From Deltaproteobacteria bacterium (GTDB lineage: Bacteria; Myxococcota; Myxococcia; SLRQ01): a stretch of 64,000 bases of DNA. The position numbers and the translations under genes are program-made. The notes under the pieces are model-generated. The model was not told the DNA's origin, searched no databases, and saw nothing but the letters and a program-made list of their open reading frames with translations. Location: positions 138,661 through 202,660 of the forward strand of contig JARGFU010000008.1 in NCBI GenBank assembly GCA_029210625.1, in the 5' to 3' direction. Below, piece by piece: positions 37,790 to 47,140 of this stretch. Position 1 is the first letter of the stretch. Each line of letters begins with the position of its first letter.

Positions 37790-38769
37790 TGGGCCTCCCT
37801 CCCTTCGCCCTCGCGCGGCCCACCGAGCTGGCCGCGGCGATCGAGCTCCTGCGCGCCGGCGGCCCCCGCGCCCGGCTGCTGGCCGGGGGCACCGACCTGC
37901 TGGTGAACCTCAAGCACCGCCTGCACGAGGTCGACACCCTGATCTCCCTGGAGGGCCTCGCCGAGCTGCGCGGCCTGCGGGAGGAGGCGGACGGAACCCT
38001 GGTCCTGGGGGCGAACCTGAAGCTGGTCGAGGTGGCCGCCGATCCCCGCATCCGGCTGCGCGCGACGGCGCTGGCCGAGGCTGCCGGTGAGGTCGCCCAC
38101 CCCCAGGCCCGGCAGATGGGCACCCTCGGCGGCAACGTCTGCCTCGACGTCCGCTGCCGCTGGGTGAACCGGAGCCCGGCCTGGCGGGCCTCCCTCGGGG
38201 GCTGCCTGAAGAGCGAGGGCGAGGTCTGCCACGTGGTCCCCAAGGGGAAGAACTGCGTCGCGGCGCTCTCGGGCGACACCCTCCCCGCCCTCGCCGCCCT
38301 GCGGGCCGAGGCGGTGATCGCCGGCCCGGCGGGCGAGCGCCGGGTGCCGGTGGAGGACCTGCGGGGCAAGGACGGCCGCGAACCCCTCACCCTCGGGCCC
38401 GGCGAGATCCTGGTTTCCCTGCGGATCCCCCCGGCCGCGCCCCTGCGGCGCAGCGCCTACCAGAAGTGGGCGGTCCGGGGCGCGGTGGACTTCCCCCTGG
38501 TGGGGGTCGGGCTCTCGGCGGAGGTGCGGGAAGGTGCGACCCTGCACGACATCCGGATCGCGGTCGGCGTGCTCGGACCCCGCCCGAAGATCGTCACCGG
38601 CCTCCAGGCGTACGAAGGGGAGCGGGCCGATGCCGCCCTCGGGCGTGCCATCGCGGAACGGGTGTGCCGTCAGTGCACACCGCTGCCCAACGTGCTCTCC
38701 GATCCGGACTACCGCCGTAGACTGCTCGGAGTGCTCGTCCAGAGGCAGATCGCGGCCTGGGGAGAGTAG
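37786..38769 (+). CDS. Xanthine dehydrogenase-family molybdoenzyme, medium FAD-binding subunit (CoxM/PaoB-like).
   Basis: The start is MMGLPPFALARPTELAAAIELL. LLAGGTDL is an FAD-binding motif. The C-terminus is CO-dehydrogenase-flavoprotein-like. Confidence 0.85.
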   Translation: MMGLPPFALARPTELAAAIELLRAGGPRARLLAGGTDLLVNLKHRLHEVDTLISLEGLAELRGLREEADGTLVLGANLKLVEVAADPRIRLRATALAEAAGEVAHPQARQMGTLGGNVCLDVRCRWVNRSPAWRASLGGCLKSEGEVCHVVPKGKNCVAALSGDTLPALAALRAEAVIAGPAGERRVPVEDLRGKDGREPLTLGPGEILVSLRIPPAAPLRRSAYQKWAVRGAVDFPLVGVGLSAEVREGATLHDIRIAVGVLGPRPKIVTGLQAYEGERADAALGRAIAERVCRQCTPLPNVLSDPDYRRRLLGVLVQRQIAAWGE

Positions 38770-39073
38770 CGAGGGGCCCGATCCGCCCCGATCGGGTGCC
38801 ACCCCCCTGACGCGGCTGCCGCACTCCCACCGCACCCATGCTCGCCTGACATTCGGGTGGCACCTGTCCGGGGGGGCGGGGCCTCGTTCTCCAACCCCCC
38901 TGGATCACTGGTCATTCCCGGAAGCTGGCACGCCTGGCCCGCGGCGACTGAACCGATCCAGGCGCTGGCCCGTGGCTTGCTAAAGGATCCCCTTCGAGGG
39001 AGGAACGCCGGTCGGCGTCCCTGCCCCGACGAATTCGATAGCCGCAAGGACGCGAGAGGACGAAGGAGAGGCC

Positions 39074-40927
39074 ATGCGAAAGAAGCTTGCCATCGGCACC
39101 ACCCTGGTCGCCACCCTGGCTCTGGTCGGGTGCCCCAACCAGGGCAACTACGTTCCCCGGAGCTCCGGCTCCCTGGGTCTGACCTCCGACGACGCGACGC
39201 TCTTCGTCGCCGACACGGATCACAACCGGGTCACCATCATCGCCACCGCGACGATGGAGGTCCTCGGCCACATCCCCGTGGGCTCGGCCCCCGAGCGGAT
39301 CCTGGTCGGCCCCGACGACACCGTCTGGGTCACCAACCGCGCCGGCCGCACCGTGATGCGCATCCCCGCCGGCTCGATGGAGGTCGAGGCCACCGGCTCG
39401 GTCGGCGGTGAGCCCGTCGGCATGACCCTGACCGAGGACGGCAACCTCCTGGTCGCCAACTCGACCTCGGGCACCGTCTCCGTCCTCGACGCCCAGACCC
39501 TCGGCAACGTCGGCGAGATCCGCGTCGGTGGCACCCCCTGGGCCGTCACCGCGCTGGGCAAGACCGCCTACGTGACCGACCTCCTCTCCTCGCGAGTGGC
39601 CATCATCAACGTCGAGAGCGGTGAGCTCGAGGACGAGATGGAGATCGAGCACGAGCAGTCCGAGAACTGCTTCATGGGCAACGGCCCGCAGCGCGTCCCG
39701 AACCAGCCCGCCGACGTGGTCCTCTCCCCCGACGGCGACCGGGCCTACATCGCCCACGTGCTGGCGCGGACCGGCACCGACGGCTTCACCAACGACAACC
39801 TGAACCTGGCCGTGGCGCCGGCGGTCTCCACCGCCTCCACCTCTCGCAACATGATCCTCTCGGCCTCGACCCCGGCGTCCGACCCTGATCGCGACTACCC
39901 GGGCCAGATGCTCGCCTCCACCGACGACGAGTTCTGCGCCGCGGCGAACCAGGACTCCATGGACGCCCCGAGCTCCCTGGTCGTCGACTCCACCGGCGAG
40001 TGGATCTACGTGGCCGACCACAACTCCAACGCCCTGGCCATCGTCTCGGCCCGCAACAAGCAGTGGCCGACCTTCCTCGATCCCGAGCGCGGCATCGTCG
40101 ACCTGGTCCGGGTCGGCGCCCGCCCCACCGGCCTGGCCGTCCGCGGTGACCTCTCGGCGGCCTACGTCCACAACGCCTTCGACTACAGCATCTCCGTCGT
40201 CGAGCGGCAGGGCGAGCGCCTGGTGACCACCAACGAGATCGTCTTCAACGAGCCCCAGCTCACCCCGGCCCAGGAGAACGGCCGCCGCCTCTTCTACTCC
40301 GCGGTCGACCCCCGCATGACCGAGCCGGATCTGGGCGGCGTCTCCTGCTCCTCGTGCCACCCCGACGGCCGGACCGACAGCCTGAACTGGTCCCTGGCCG
40401 GCGGCCGCATCAACCCCATCGACCCCGACAACCGGATCGGCATCCAGACCCCGGCCCTCTGGGATCTGGCCGACACCGCCCCCTTCGCCTGGGACGGCTC
40501 GAGCCCCGATCTCGATAGCCTGGCCCACGTGATGGTCTCCTGGATGGGCGGCCGCGGCCTGGCCCAGACCGAGGCCGAGGACATCCTGGCCTACATGGAC
40601 ACCATCAGCCCGCCGGACAACCCCGCCGCCGAGATCCTGCCCCAGGCGCAGCTCGACGAGGGCCGGATCCTCTTCCAGTCCAACTGCGCCGGCTGCCACG
40701 CTGGCACCTCCTTCACCGACGGTCAGCAGCACCCGACCGCCTCCGGCGGCGGCCTGGTGAACACGCCCACCCTCAAGGGCGTCTTCGCCACCGGCCCCTA
40801 CCTCCACGACGGCTCGGCCCGCACCCTGCAGGAGGCCTTCTCTCGCGGCCTGCAGACCGGCCACAACGCCGACGGCCTCAACGCGGTGCAGAAGGAGGCC
40901 CTCGAGGTCTACCTGAAGACCCTCTAG
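39074..40927 (+). CDS. Lipoprotein fusing a YVTN-type beta-propeller to a di-heme cytochrome c peroxidase (CCP/MauG-family) domain.
   Basis: Strong SD AAGGAGAG upstream. MRKKLAIGTTLVATLALVGC has a lipobox. Repeated beta-propeller blades follow. The two heme sites are SCSSCHPDGRTD and NCAGCHAG. TPTLKGVFATGPYLHDGSARTL matches the conserved CCP second-heme region. Confidence 0.75.
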   Translation: MRKKLAIGTTLVATLALVGCPNQGNYVPRSSGSLGLTSDDATLFVADTDHNRVTIIATATMEVLGHIPVGSAPERILVGPDDTVWVTNRAGRTVMRIPAGSMEVEATGSVGGEPVGMTLTEDGNLLVANSTSGTVSVLDAQTLGNVGEIRVGGTPWAVTALGKTAYVTDLLSSRVAIINVESGELEDEMEIEHEQSENCFMGNGPQRVPNQPADVVLSPDGDRAYIAHVLARTGTDGFTNDNLNLAVAPAVSTASTSRNMILSASTPASDPDRDYPGQMLASTDDEFCAAANQDSMDAPSSLVVDSTGEWIYVADHNSNALAIVSARNKQWPTFLDPERGIVDLVRVGARPTGLAVRGDLSAAYVHNAFDYSISVVERQGERLVTTNEIVFNEPQLTPAQENGRRLFYSAVDPRMTEPDLGGVSCSSCHPDGRTDSLNWSLAGGRINPIDPDNRIGIQTPALWDLADTAPFAWDGSSPDLDSLAHVMVSWMGGRGLAQTEAEDILAYMDTISPPDNPAAEILPQAQLDEGRILFQSNCAGCHAGTSFTDGQQHPTASGGGLVNTPTLKGVFATGPYLHDGSARTLQEAFSRGLQTGHNADGLNAVQKEALEVYLKTL

Positions 40928-40940
40928 CGGCCCTCACGCC

Positions 40941-41012
40941 GCGCCCCTCTCCCGCTCGCGGGAGGGGGGGAAGCAGCCCCTCTCCGGAAGCGGAGGGGGG
41001 CTTCGCTTTTTT
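40941..41012 (+). terminator. Rho-independent terminator: tandem GC-rich hairpins followed by a T-run.
   Basis: The first hairpin is gcgcccctctcccgc-tcgc-gggaggggggg. The second is cccctctccggaagcggagggggg with G-U wobbles, followed by cttcgcTTTTTTg. It lies 14 nt after the CCP-like stop. Confidence 0.6.
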
Positions 41013-41182
41013 GCAGTTGGTCAGACCAAAAAAGACCGCCAAAACAGCGGCTTGCGTGATTGATCTTGCTGCTGGGGGTGGGTAGTTTGCGGCCCCCTTT
41101 CCTTCGCCGGAACCAGGCCTGGCGACCGGCGCTCGATCGCCGTGGTCCCTTTGCCGGCCTCCCGAGACCGAGGCGCCCTTTC

Positions 41183-42934
41183 ATGACCGCGCTCCCCGAC
41201 ACCGCCGAGACCCGGCTCCCCCTCGCTCACCTCGAGGGTCCGCCGATGCCCGCCCTCGAGGTGGAGACTCTCCCGGCCGCCCTGGCCCGGGCCGCCGGCT
41301 CCCACCCCGATCGCACCTACCTCGGCTTCCTCGACGCCAAGAACGAGCCCACCGAGGTCAGCTTCGGCGCCCTGCAGGCGGGCTCCGAGGCCTTCGCCCG
41401 GGCCCTGCTGGCCTGGGAGCTCGAGCCCGGCGAGCGGGTGGTGCTCCTCCTCCCCACCGGCCCGGACTTCCTCGAGGCCTTCTTCGGCACCCTCCTGGCC
41501 GGAGGCGTGCCCGTCCCCTGGCCCCTGCCCCTGACCATGGGCCGGATCGACGCCTACGTGGAGGGCACCGTCGCCCGGATCGTCGCCGACGCCGGGGCGA
41601 GCCACTGCATCACCACCGATCGGGCCGAGGAGTCCCTCGGCCGGGTGATGGAGGGCCTCGGCAAGCCCGGGCGCGTGAAGACCATGGAGGCCCTGCGGGC
41701 GGACGAGGCTCCGGCGGCGGACTTCCCCGCGCTCTCTCCCGACGGCCTCGCGCTCCTGCAGTACACCTCCGGCCGCACCCACCTGCCGGGCGGCGTCCGC
41801 CTCACTCACCGTCAGCTCCTCTCGAACGTCGCCGGCGTCGGGCAGGCCCTGGCCCTGGGCGAGGACGACGTGGGCATGAGCTGGATCCCCCTGGTCCACG
41901 ACATGGGCCTGGTCGGCGTGCTCTGCTCCAGCCTCTACTTCCGCTTCCCCTCCTACGTGATGGCCCCCGAGGCCTTCCTGATGCGGCCCTACCGCTGGCT
42001 GCAGGCCATCTCGACCTTCAAGGCCACCCTCTCCGCCGCGCCCAACTTCGCCTACCGCCTCTGCGTGCGGAGGGTGAGCGACCGCTACCTCGAGGGGGTC
42101 GACCTCTCCAGCTGGCGCCTGGCCCTGAACGGCGCCGAGCAGGTGCAGCCGGACTCCTGTGACGCCTTCGCCGAGCGCTTCGCCGGGGTGGGCTTCCAGA
42201 AGTCGGCCTTCTATCCCCTCTACGGCCTGGCCGAGAACGCCCTGGCCGCGACCTGCCCGCTCTTGGATCGCACCTACGAGACCTACCCCTTCGACGCGAC
42301 CATCGAGAAGGGCGAGCTGGTCGCCGCCTCTCCCTCGCCGGAAGCAGGCGCGCCCGTCGCCTCGGTGGGCCGGCCTCTGCCGGGCCAGGAGATCGCCATC
42401 GTGGACGCCGCCGGCGAGCTCCTCCCCGAGCGGCACCAGGGCAAGATCGTCGTGCGCGGCGTCTGCCTGATGGAGGGCATCCACGGCCGCCCCGAGCGCA
42501 CCTCCGAGCTGAAGGCCGGGGGCTGGCTGCAGACCGGTGACCTCGGCTTCATCGAGGATGGCCGCCTCTTCGTGACCGGCCGCCTCAAGGAGATGGTCAT
42601 CAAGATGGGGCGCAACTACTACCCGGACGACGTGGAGCAGGTGCTCCTCGACGCCGGCGTGCTGGAGGGCCGGCGCGTCACCGCCCTGGCGACGGGCAAC
42701 GCCGAGAGCGGCACCGAGGACCTCCTGCTCGTCCTCGAGGGGCCCGCCTTCGACGAGGCGGATCCGAAGGCCCGGAAGGCCTTCGAGAACACCCTGAGCG
42801 CCACCCTCCTCGATCAGCTCGGCATCCGCGCCGACCGCATCCTCCACCTGGCCCCGGGGCACCTCGGCGAGGGCGACGCCAGCGCCCGCCGGGCCGCGAT
42901 CCGCACGCTGCTGCGCGAGGAGAGCGCGGCATGA
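41183..42934 (+). CDS. Fatty acyl-AMP ligase (FAAL) / AMP-dependent synthetase.
   Basis: LQYTSGRTHLPGGVRLTHRQLLSN is the FAAL-type A3-A4 region. GWLQTGDLGFIEDGRLFVTGRLKEMVIKMGRNYYPDDVE spans the A8-A10 region. The start is MTALPD at 41183; the upstream part of the listed ORF is unsupported. Confidence 0.85.
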   Translation: MTALPDTAETRLPLAHLEGPPMPALEVETLPAALARAAGSHPDRTYLGFLDAKNEPTEVSFGALQAGSEAFARALLAWELEPGERVVLLLPTGPDFLEAFFGTLLAGGVPVPWPLPLTMGRIDAYVEGTVARIVADAGASHCITTDRAEESLGRVMEGLGKPGRVKTMEALRADEAPAADFPALSPDGLALLQYTSGRTHLPGGVRLTHRQLLSNVAGVGQALALGEDDVGMSWIPLVHDMGLVGVLCSSLYFRFPSYVMAPEAFLMRPYRWLQAISTFKATLSAAPNFAYRLCVRRVSDRYLEGVDLSSWRLALNGAEQVQPDSCDAFAERFAGVGFQKSAFYPLYGLAENALAATCPLLDRTYETYPFDATIEKGELVAASPSPEAGAPVASVGRPLPGQEIAIVDAAGELLPERHQGKIVVRGVCLMEGIHGRPERTSELKAGGWLQTGDLGFIEDGRLFVTGRLKEMVIKMGRNYYPDDVEQVLLDAGVLEGRRVTALATGNAESGTEDLLLVLEGPAFDEADPKARKAFENTLSATLLDQLGIRADRILHLAPGHLGEGDASARRAAIRTLLREESAA

Positions 42935-43944
42935 GCTCGGTGGTGGTCGGCGGCACGGGCTTCATCGGCCTGAACCTCTGCGAGGCGCTCCTCGCCCGCG
43001 GAGAGGACGTCGTCTCCACCCGCCGCAAGTCGAGCAACACCATCTTCGCCCGGCGGCTGAAGCTGCCGCTGGTGCCCGCCGATCTCGAGACCGGCGAGGG
43101 CCTCGCCGAGGCCCTCGAGGGGCGCGAGACCCTCTACTTCGCCGCCGGCCACTATCCCCGCTACTCGGTCGACACCGAGGCCCAGGTCGAGATGGCCGTG
43201 CGCCACCTGCGCGGCGTCCTCGAGGCGGCCCGCGAGGCCGGCCTGCGGCGGGTGGTCTACGTGGGCACCGTCTCCACCGTCGGCAAGGCGCCGGCCGGGG
43301 CGCTGGCCACCGAGGAGGACGGACTGACCGCTCCGGAGGAGGGGGACACCTACGCCGCGATCAAGCTGGCCCTCTCCGAGGCCGCCCTCTCGGCCAACGG
43401 AGAGGGGCTCGAGGTCGTCGAGCTGATGCCCACCGGCGTGCTCGGCCCCTACGACCACAAGGTCGGCACCGGCTTCTTCCTCCTCGGCCAGCTCTCGGAG
43501 AAGCTCGACTTCTGGATCGAGGGCAAGGTGAACTTCATCGACGCTCGCGATCTGGCCGAGGCCGCCATCGCGGCGGCCGAGCGCGGCAAGCCCGGCGAGC
43601 GCTACATCCTCGGCGGCCACAACATCACGGTCGAGGACTTCGTGAAGCAGATCGCCGATCGCTTCGAGGTCCCCGTCCCGGCGCGACGCCTCGATCTGGC
43701 CGCCGCGCGCGCGCTGGCCCACGCCGAGGAGGCGCGGGTCCTCGCCGAGGGCAAGGGCCGCCCGCTGCTGACCCGCGAGATGGCGGATGCCATCGGCGAC
43801 GGTCAGTTCGTCGACATCTCCCGGGCGAGGGCCTCCCTGGGCCTCTCGCCCCGCCCCCTGAACGAGACCCTGGATGCCGCCGTCGGGTGGTATCGCAAGA
43901 ACGGATTCCTTCCGCGGGAGACCCCCGCCAGGAGAACAGCATGA
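42931..43944 (+). CDS. Extended-SDR NAD(P)-dependent reductase (epimerase/dehydratase fold), candidate thioester reductase.
   Basis: VVGGTGFIGLNL is a TGxxGxxG Rossmann motif. A YxxxK region is present (YAAIK). Start and stop overlap the neighbours as ATGA on both sides. Confidence 0.8.
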   Translation: MSSVVVGGTGFIGLNLCEALLARGEDVVSTRRKSSNTIFARRLKLPLVPADLETGEGLAEALEGRETLYFAAGHYPRYSVDTEAQVEMAVRHLRGVLEAAREAGLRRVVYVGTVSTVGKAPAGALATEEDGLTAPEEGDTYAAIKLALSEAALSANGEGLEVVELMPTGVLGPYDHKVGTGFFLLGQLSEKLDFWIEGKVNFIDARDLAEAAIAAAERGKPGERYILGGHNITVEDFVKQIADRFEVPVPARRLDLAAARALAHAEEARVLAEGKGRPLLTREMADAIGDGQFVDISRARASLGLSPRPLNETLDAAVGWYRKNGFLPRETPARRTA

Positions 43945-44195
43945 GCGACCGCAAGGAAGAACTTCAGACCGCCGTCTTCGAGATCGTGGCCGAGCTGGTC
44001 AGCGCCGAGCCGGGCGAGATCAAGGGCGAGGATCGCCTCCGCGAGGACCTGGGCCTCGACTCCCTGCAGAGCATGGAGCTGCTCTCCCGCGTGAGCGAGA
44101 CCTTCGAGATCGATCCCGACCTCGAGGAGGTCATGGATCTGGCCACCGTCGAGGAGGTGATCACCTCCCTCGCCGCCCACCTGGAAGGCGCGTGA
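43941..44195 (+). CDS. Acyl carrier protein.
   Basis: The 84 aa product has EDLGLDSLQSMELL, a DSL phosphopantetheine-attachment motif. Confidence 0.85.
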   Translation: MSDRKEELQTAVFEIVAELVSAEPGEIKGEDRLREDLGLDSLQSMELLSRVSETFEIDPDLEEVMDLATVEEVITSLAAHLEGA

Positions 44196-45499
44196 TGAAG
44201 GTCACCTTCGTCTATCCCGGCTTCGAGCGGCACGCCGAGGCGCACCCCGAGCTCCTCGAGTTCGTCCCGGCGGACGAGTACCTCGGCCCGCCCTCCCTGG
44301 GTATCGCCTCGGTGGCGGCCGCCACCCCCGAGCAGTACGAGGTCGCCTTCATCGACGACCGCCTGACGCCCGTCGACGCCGGCCTCGAGACCGACGTCGT
44401 CGCCCTCTCCTTCTTCACCCCGGCCGCGACCCGGGCCCTGGAGATCGCCGACCAGATGCGGGCGGCGGGCAAGACCGTCGTCGCCGGCGGCATCTTCCCC
44501 ACCCAGATGCCCGACGTCGTCGCCGAGCACGTCGACGCCGTGGTCGTGGGCGAGGGTGAGCCGGTCTGGGCCGACCTCCTGGCCGACGCCGAGAAGGGCT
44601 CGCTGAAGAAGAAGTACGTCGCGCCGCCGCACGACCTCTCCACCTCGCCGGTCCCGCGGGTCGACCTCTACTTCAACGCCGAGACCGAGGGGCACCACCC
44701 GGACGACTACCCCTTCCAGCTCTCCCGGGGCTGCCCCCTCACCTGCGACGCCTGCGTGCTGCCCATCCACATGGGCAAGAAGATGCGCTTCTACTCGCAG
44801 GAGCAGCTCGAGGCGACGATGCGGGCCTACGCCGACGCCGGCAAGATGGTCTCCCTGACCGAGGACACCTCGATCTTCGGCCTCCAGGGCGCCCGGAAGC
44901 ACCTGCGGGAGTTCCTCGACACCACCCTGCGCCTCCAGCAGGAGGGTGTGAAGGTGAAGATCTCCTACCTCGGCATCTCGATGCCGATGATCCTCAACCT
45001 CGATCCGACGCTGCTCCAGCAGATGCGGTCGACGGGGATGGATCGCTTCTACCTGGTGGGCGGCTTCGACCCCATCACCCGCAACGCCTTCGGCCCGAAC
45101 GACCCCAAGGCGCTGGAGAAGGCCTACAAGGTCATCGCCCGCTGCAAGGAGTTCGGGATCGATCCCTACGTCTCCTTCCTCGTGGGCAACGAGGGTGACG
45201 ACGAGGGCACCTTCGATCGGATGCTGGAGTTCGCCAGCAAGTCCGGGATCGAGCTGGCCGAGTTCGTGGTCTCGACCCCCTACCCGGGCACCCCGATCTG
45301 GCACCGCTACCAGGAGGAGGGTCGGATCTTCGACCACACCTGGAAGCACTACAACGACGCGAACGTGGTCTTCGAGCCGCACCAGATGAGCCCGGAGCGC
45401 CTGCAGGAGGGCTACCTCTACCTGTGGCGCGAGTTCTACCGGGGTCGTCAGGCCGAGTTCGACGAGCGTTCGCACCAACGCAGCACCGTTCAGTTCTAG
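44195..45499 (+). CDS. Cobalamin-dependent (class B) radical SAM enzyme.
   Basis: The N-terminal B12-binding Rossmann region is DVVALSFFTPAATRALEIADQMRAAGKTVVAGGIFPT. The radical SAM motif is SRGCPLTCDAC (CxxxCxxC). The product is 434 aa. The ATG overlaps the ACP stop by 1 nt. Confidence 0.8.
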   Translation: MKVTFVYPGFERHAEAHPELLEFVPADEYLGPPSLGIASVAAATPEQYEVAFIDDRLTPVDAGLETDVVALSFFTPAATRALEIADQMRAAGKTVVAGGIFPTQMPDVVAEHVDAVVVGEGEPVWADLLADAEKGSLKKKYVAPPHDLSTSPVPRVDLYFNAETEGHHPDDYPFQLSRGCPLTCDACVLPIHMGKKMRFYSQEQLEATMRAYADAGKMVSLTEDTSIFGLQGARKHLREFLDTTLRLQQEGVKVKISYLGISMPMILNLDPTLLQQMRSTGMDRFYLVGGFDPITRNAFGPNDPKALEKAYKVIARCKEFGIDPYVSFLVGNEGDDEGTFDRMLEFASKSGIELAEFVVSTPYPGTPIWHRYQEEGRIFDHTWKHYNDANVVFEPHQMSPERLQEGYLYLWREFYRGRQAEFDERSHQRSTVQF

Positions 45500-45508
45500 A
45501 GGTACACC

Positions 45509-47140
45509 ATGGGCACCGAGACCGTTCACGCTTTCGAGAGGATTCACGAGGATCACGCAGCGCTCGCCGAGGCGCTGAATCTCGTGGGGGCCACCGCCGA
45601 GGAAGCCGAGAGCGTCTCGATGCTCGTGGACCCGGTGCGGCGCTGGGCGAACGACACGCTCGACGCCGCCGCCATCGAGGAGGCGCACGCGATCTCCCCG
45701 CAGATCCGGGCCTCGGCCGCCGAGATGGGCCTCTACGGCCTGACCATCCCCGAGAAGTTCGGCGGCGCCGGCTTCTCGCTGGTGGGCTCCGGCCGGATCA
45801 TCGAGGAGATCGCCCGGGTGGACCGCTCGGTGGCGGTCTCCATCGGCCTGCACAACGGCCTCGGCCTGCGCGGGATGATCGCCTACGCCTCGGACGACCT
45901 GCAGGCGAAGTTCCTCGAGCAGATGGCCACCGGCGAGCTGATCGGGGCCTTCGCCGCCACCGAGCCGGGCGCCGGCTCGCACATCGCCGGCGTGAAGACC
46001 ACCGGGGTGATGGACGAGGAAGACCCGACCCTGCTCACCGTCAACGGTGAGAAGGTCTACGTCACCAACGGCGGCTTCGCCGACGTCTTCACCGTGCTGG
46101 CCCGCACCCCGGGCCTCGGCGGCGCCCGCCGCGGCTACTCCCTCCTCTTCCTCGAGAAGACGATGGAGGGCCTCGAGGTCGGCCGCGAGGAGGACAAGCT
46201 CGGCATCCGCGCCTCCTCCACCACCGGCCTGACCTTCGAGGACCTGCGGGTCTCCACCGACCGCGTCATCGGCGAGCCCGGCAAGGGCCTGGACCTGATG
46301 AACTGCATCCTGGCCTGGGGCCGGACCCTGATGAGCGCCGGCGCCCTCGGCGGCGCCAAGACCGCCTACGAGATGGCGATGAGCCACGCGCTCACCCGCA
46401 GGCAGTTCGGCAAGCCCATCGCCGAGTTCGGCCAGGTCCGGGAGAAGCTCGCCCGGATGCGGGCGCGCATCTACGCCATGGAGAGCCTGGTGCGCCTCAC
46501 CGGGCTGCTCCAGGCCCGCCACGGCTCGGACGTCATCTGGACCTCCACCGCCACCAAGATCTTCTGCTCGGACGGCGCCGTCGAGATCGCCGACGAGGCC
46601 ATCCAGATCCACGGCGGCGCCGGCTTCATCGAGGAGGTGGGCGTCGCCCGCATCCTGCGCGACTGCCGGATCACGCAGATCTTCGAGGGCGCCAACGAGG
46701 TCCTGCGCTTCCACCTCGCCGCCGGCGCGCTGCCCTTCGCCGGCACCGAGGCCGGCGCCATCGCCGGGCTCTTGCCCGAGGCGTTGAAGGCCCAGGGCGA
46801 GCGCTGGGACGCCCTCCAGGCCCGCACCCGCACGCTGCTCTCCTCCATGGCCAAGAAGTACGGCCCGCGGATCATGGAGCACCAGCTGCGGCTGGCCGGC
46901 GTCGCCGACGCCTTCACGGCCCTCGTCGCCCTCGAGGCGAGCCTGCTGCGCGCGGGCCACGCCCTGAAGACGGCCTCCGGGGAGGAGGCCCGCGAGCTGA
47001 CCGAGCTCGTGACCTACCTCACGGCCCTGCTCGCCCGCGAGGCCGAGGCAGGTCTGGCCTCGGCCGAGGACGAGGCCTTCGAGACGGCGGCCAACGCGCT
47101 CTCCTCGACCGAGATCGAGTCCGCGCGTGCCCGACTTTGA
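45509..47140 (+). CDS. Acyl-CoA/acyl-ACP dehydrogenase family flavoprotein.
   Basis: ACAD middle and C-terminal segments include GSGRIIEEIARVDRSVAVSIGLHNG, AFAATEPGAGS, YVTNGGFADVF and IHGGAGFIEE. The product is 543 aa with an extended C-terminus. Confidence 0.85.
   Translation: MGTETVHAFERIHEDHAALAEALNLVGATAEEAESVSMLVDPVRRWANDTLDAAAIEEAHAISPQIRASAAEMGLYGLTIPEKFGGAGFSLVGSGRIIEEIARVDRSVAVSIGLHNGLGLRGMIAYASDDLQAKFLEQMATGELIGAFAATEPGAGSHIAGVKTTGVMDEEDPTLLTVNGEKVYVTNGGFADVFTVLARTPGLGGARRGYSLLFLEKTMEGLEVGREEDKLGIRASSTTGLTFEDLRVSTDRVIGEPGKGLDLMNCILAWGRTLMSAGALGGAKTAYEMAMSHALTRRQFGKPIAEFGQVREKLARMRARIYAMESLVRLTGLLQARHGSDVIWTSTATKIFCSDGAVEIADEAIQIHGGAGFIEEVGVARILRDCRITQIFEGANEVLRFHLAAGALPFAGTEAGAIAGLLPEALKAQGERWDALQARTRTLLSSMAKKYGPRIMEHQLRLAGVADAFTALVALEASLLRAGHALKTASGEEARELTELVTYLTALLAREAEAGLASAEDEAFETAANALSSTEIESARARL

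Noticed and set aside
38880-38960. Possible sigma-54 promoter (TGGCAC...GC) upstream of the CCP-like gene.
   Set aside because: The spacing between the GG and GC elements is 8 nt rather than the required 10. A TGGCAC hexamer alone is expected by chance in high-GC DNA.
38912-40864. 650-aa minus-strand ORF, and similarly 41021..42862 (613 aa), 43964..46960 (998 aa), 47019..48971 (650 aa), 35318..36598 (426 aa), 24360..25805 (481 aa) and 29771..32260 (829 aa).
   Set aside because: All are antisense to genes with clear domain content. Their translations are Gly/Arg/Ala/Glu-rich with no recognisable motifs.
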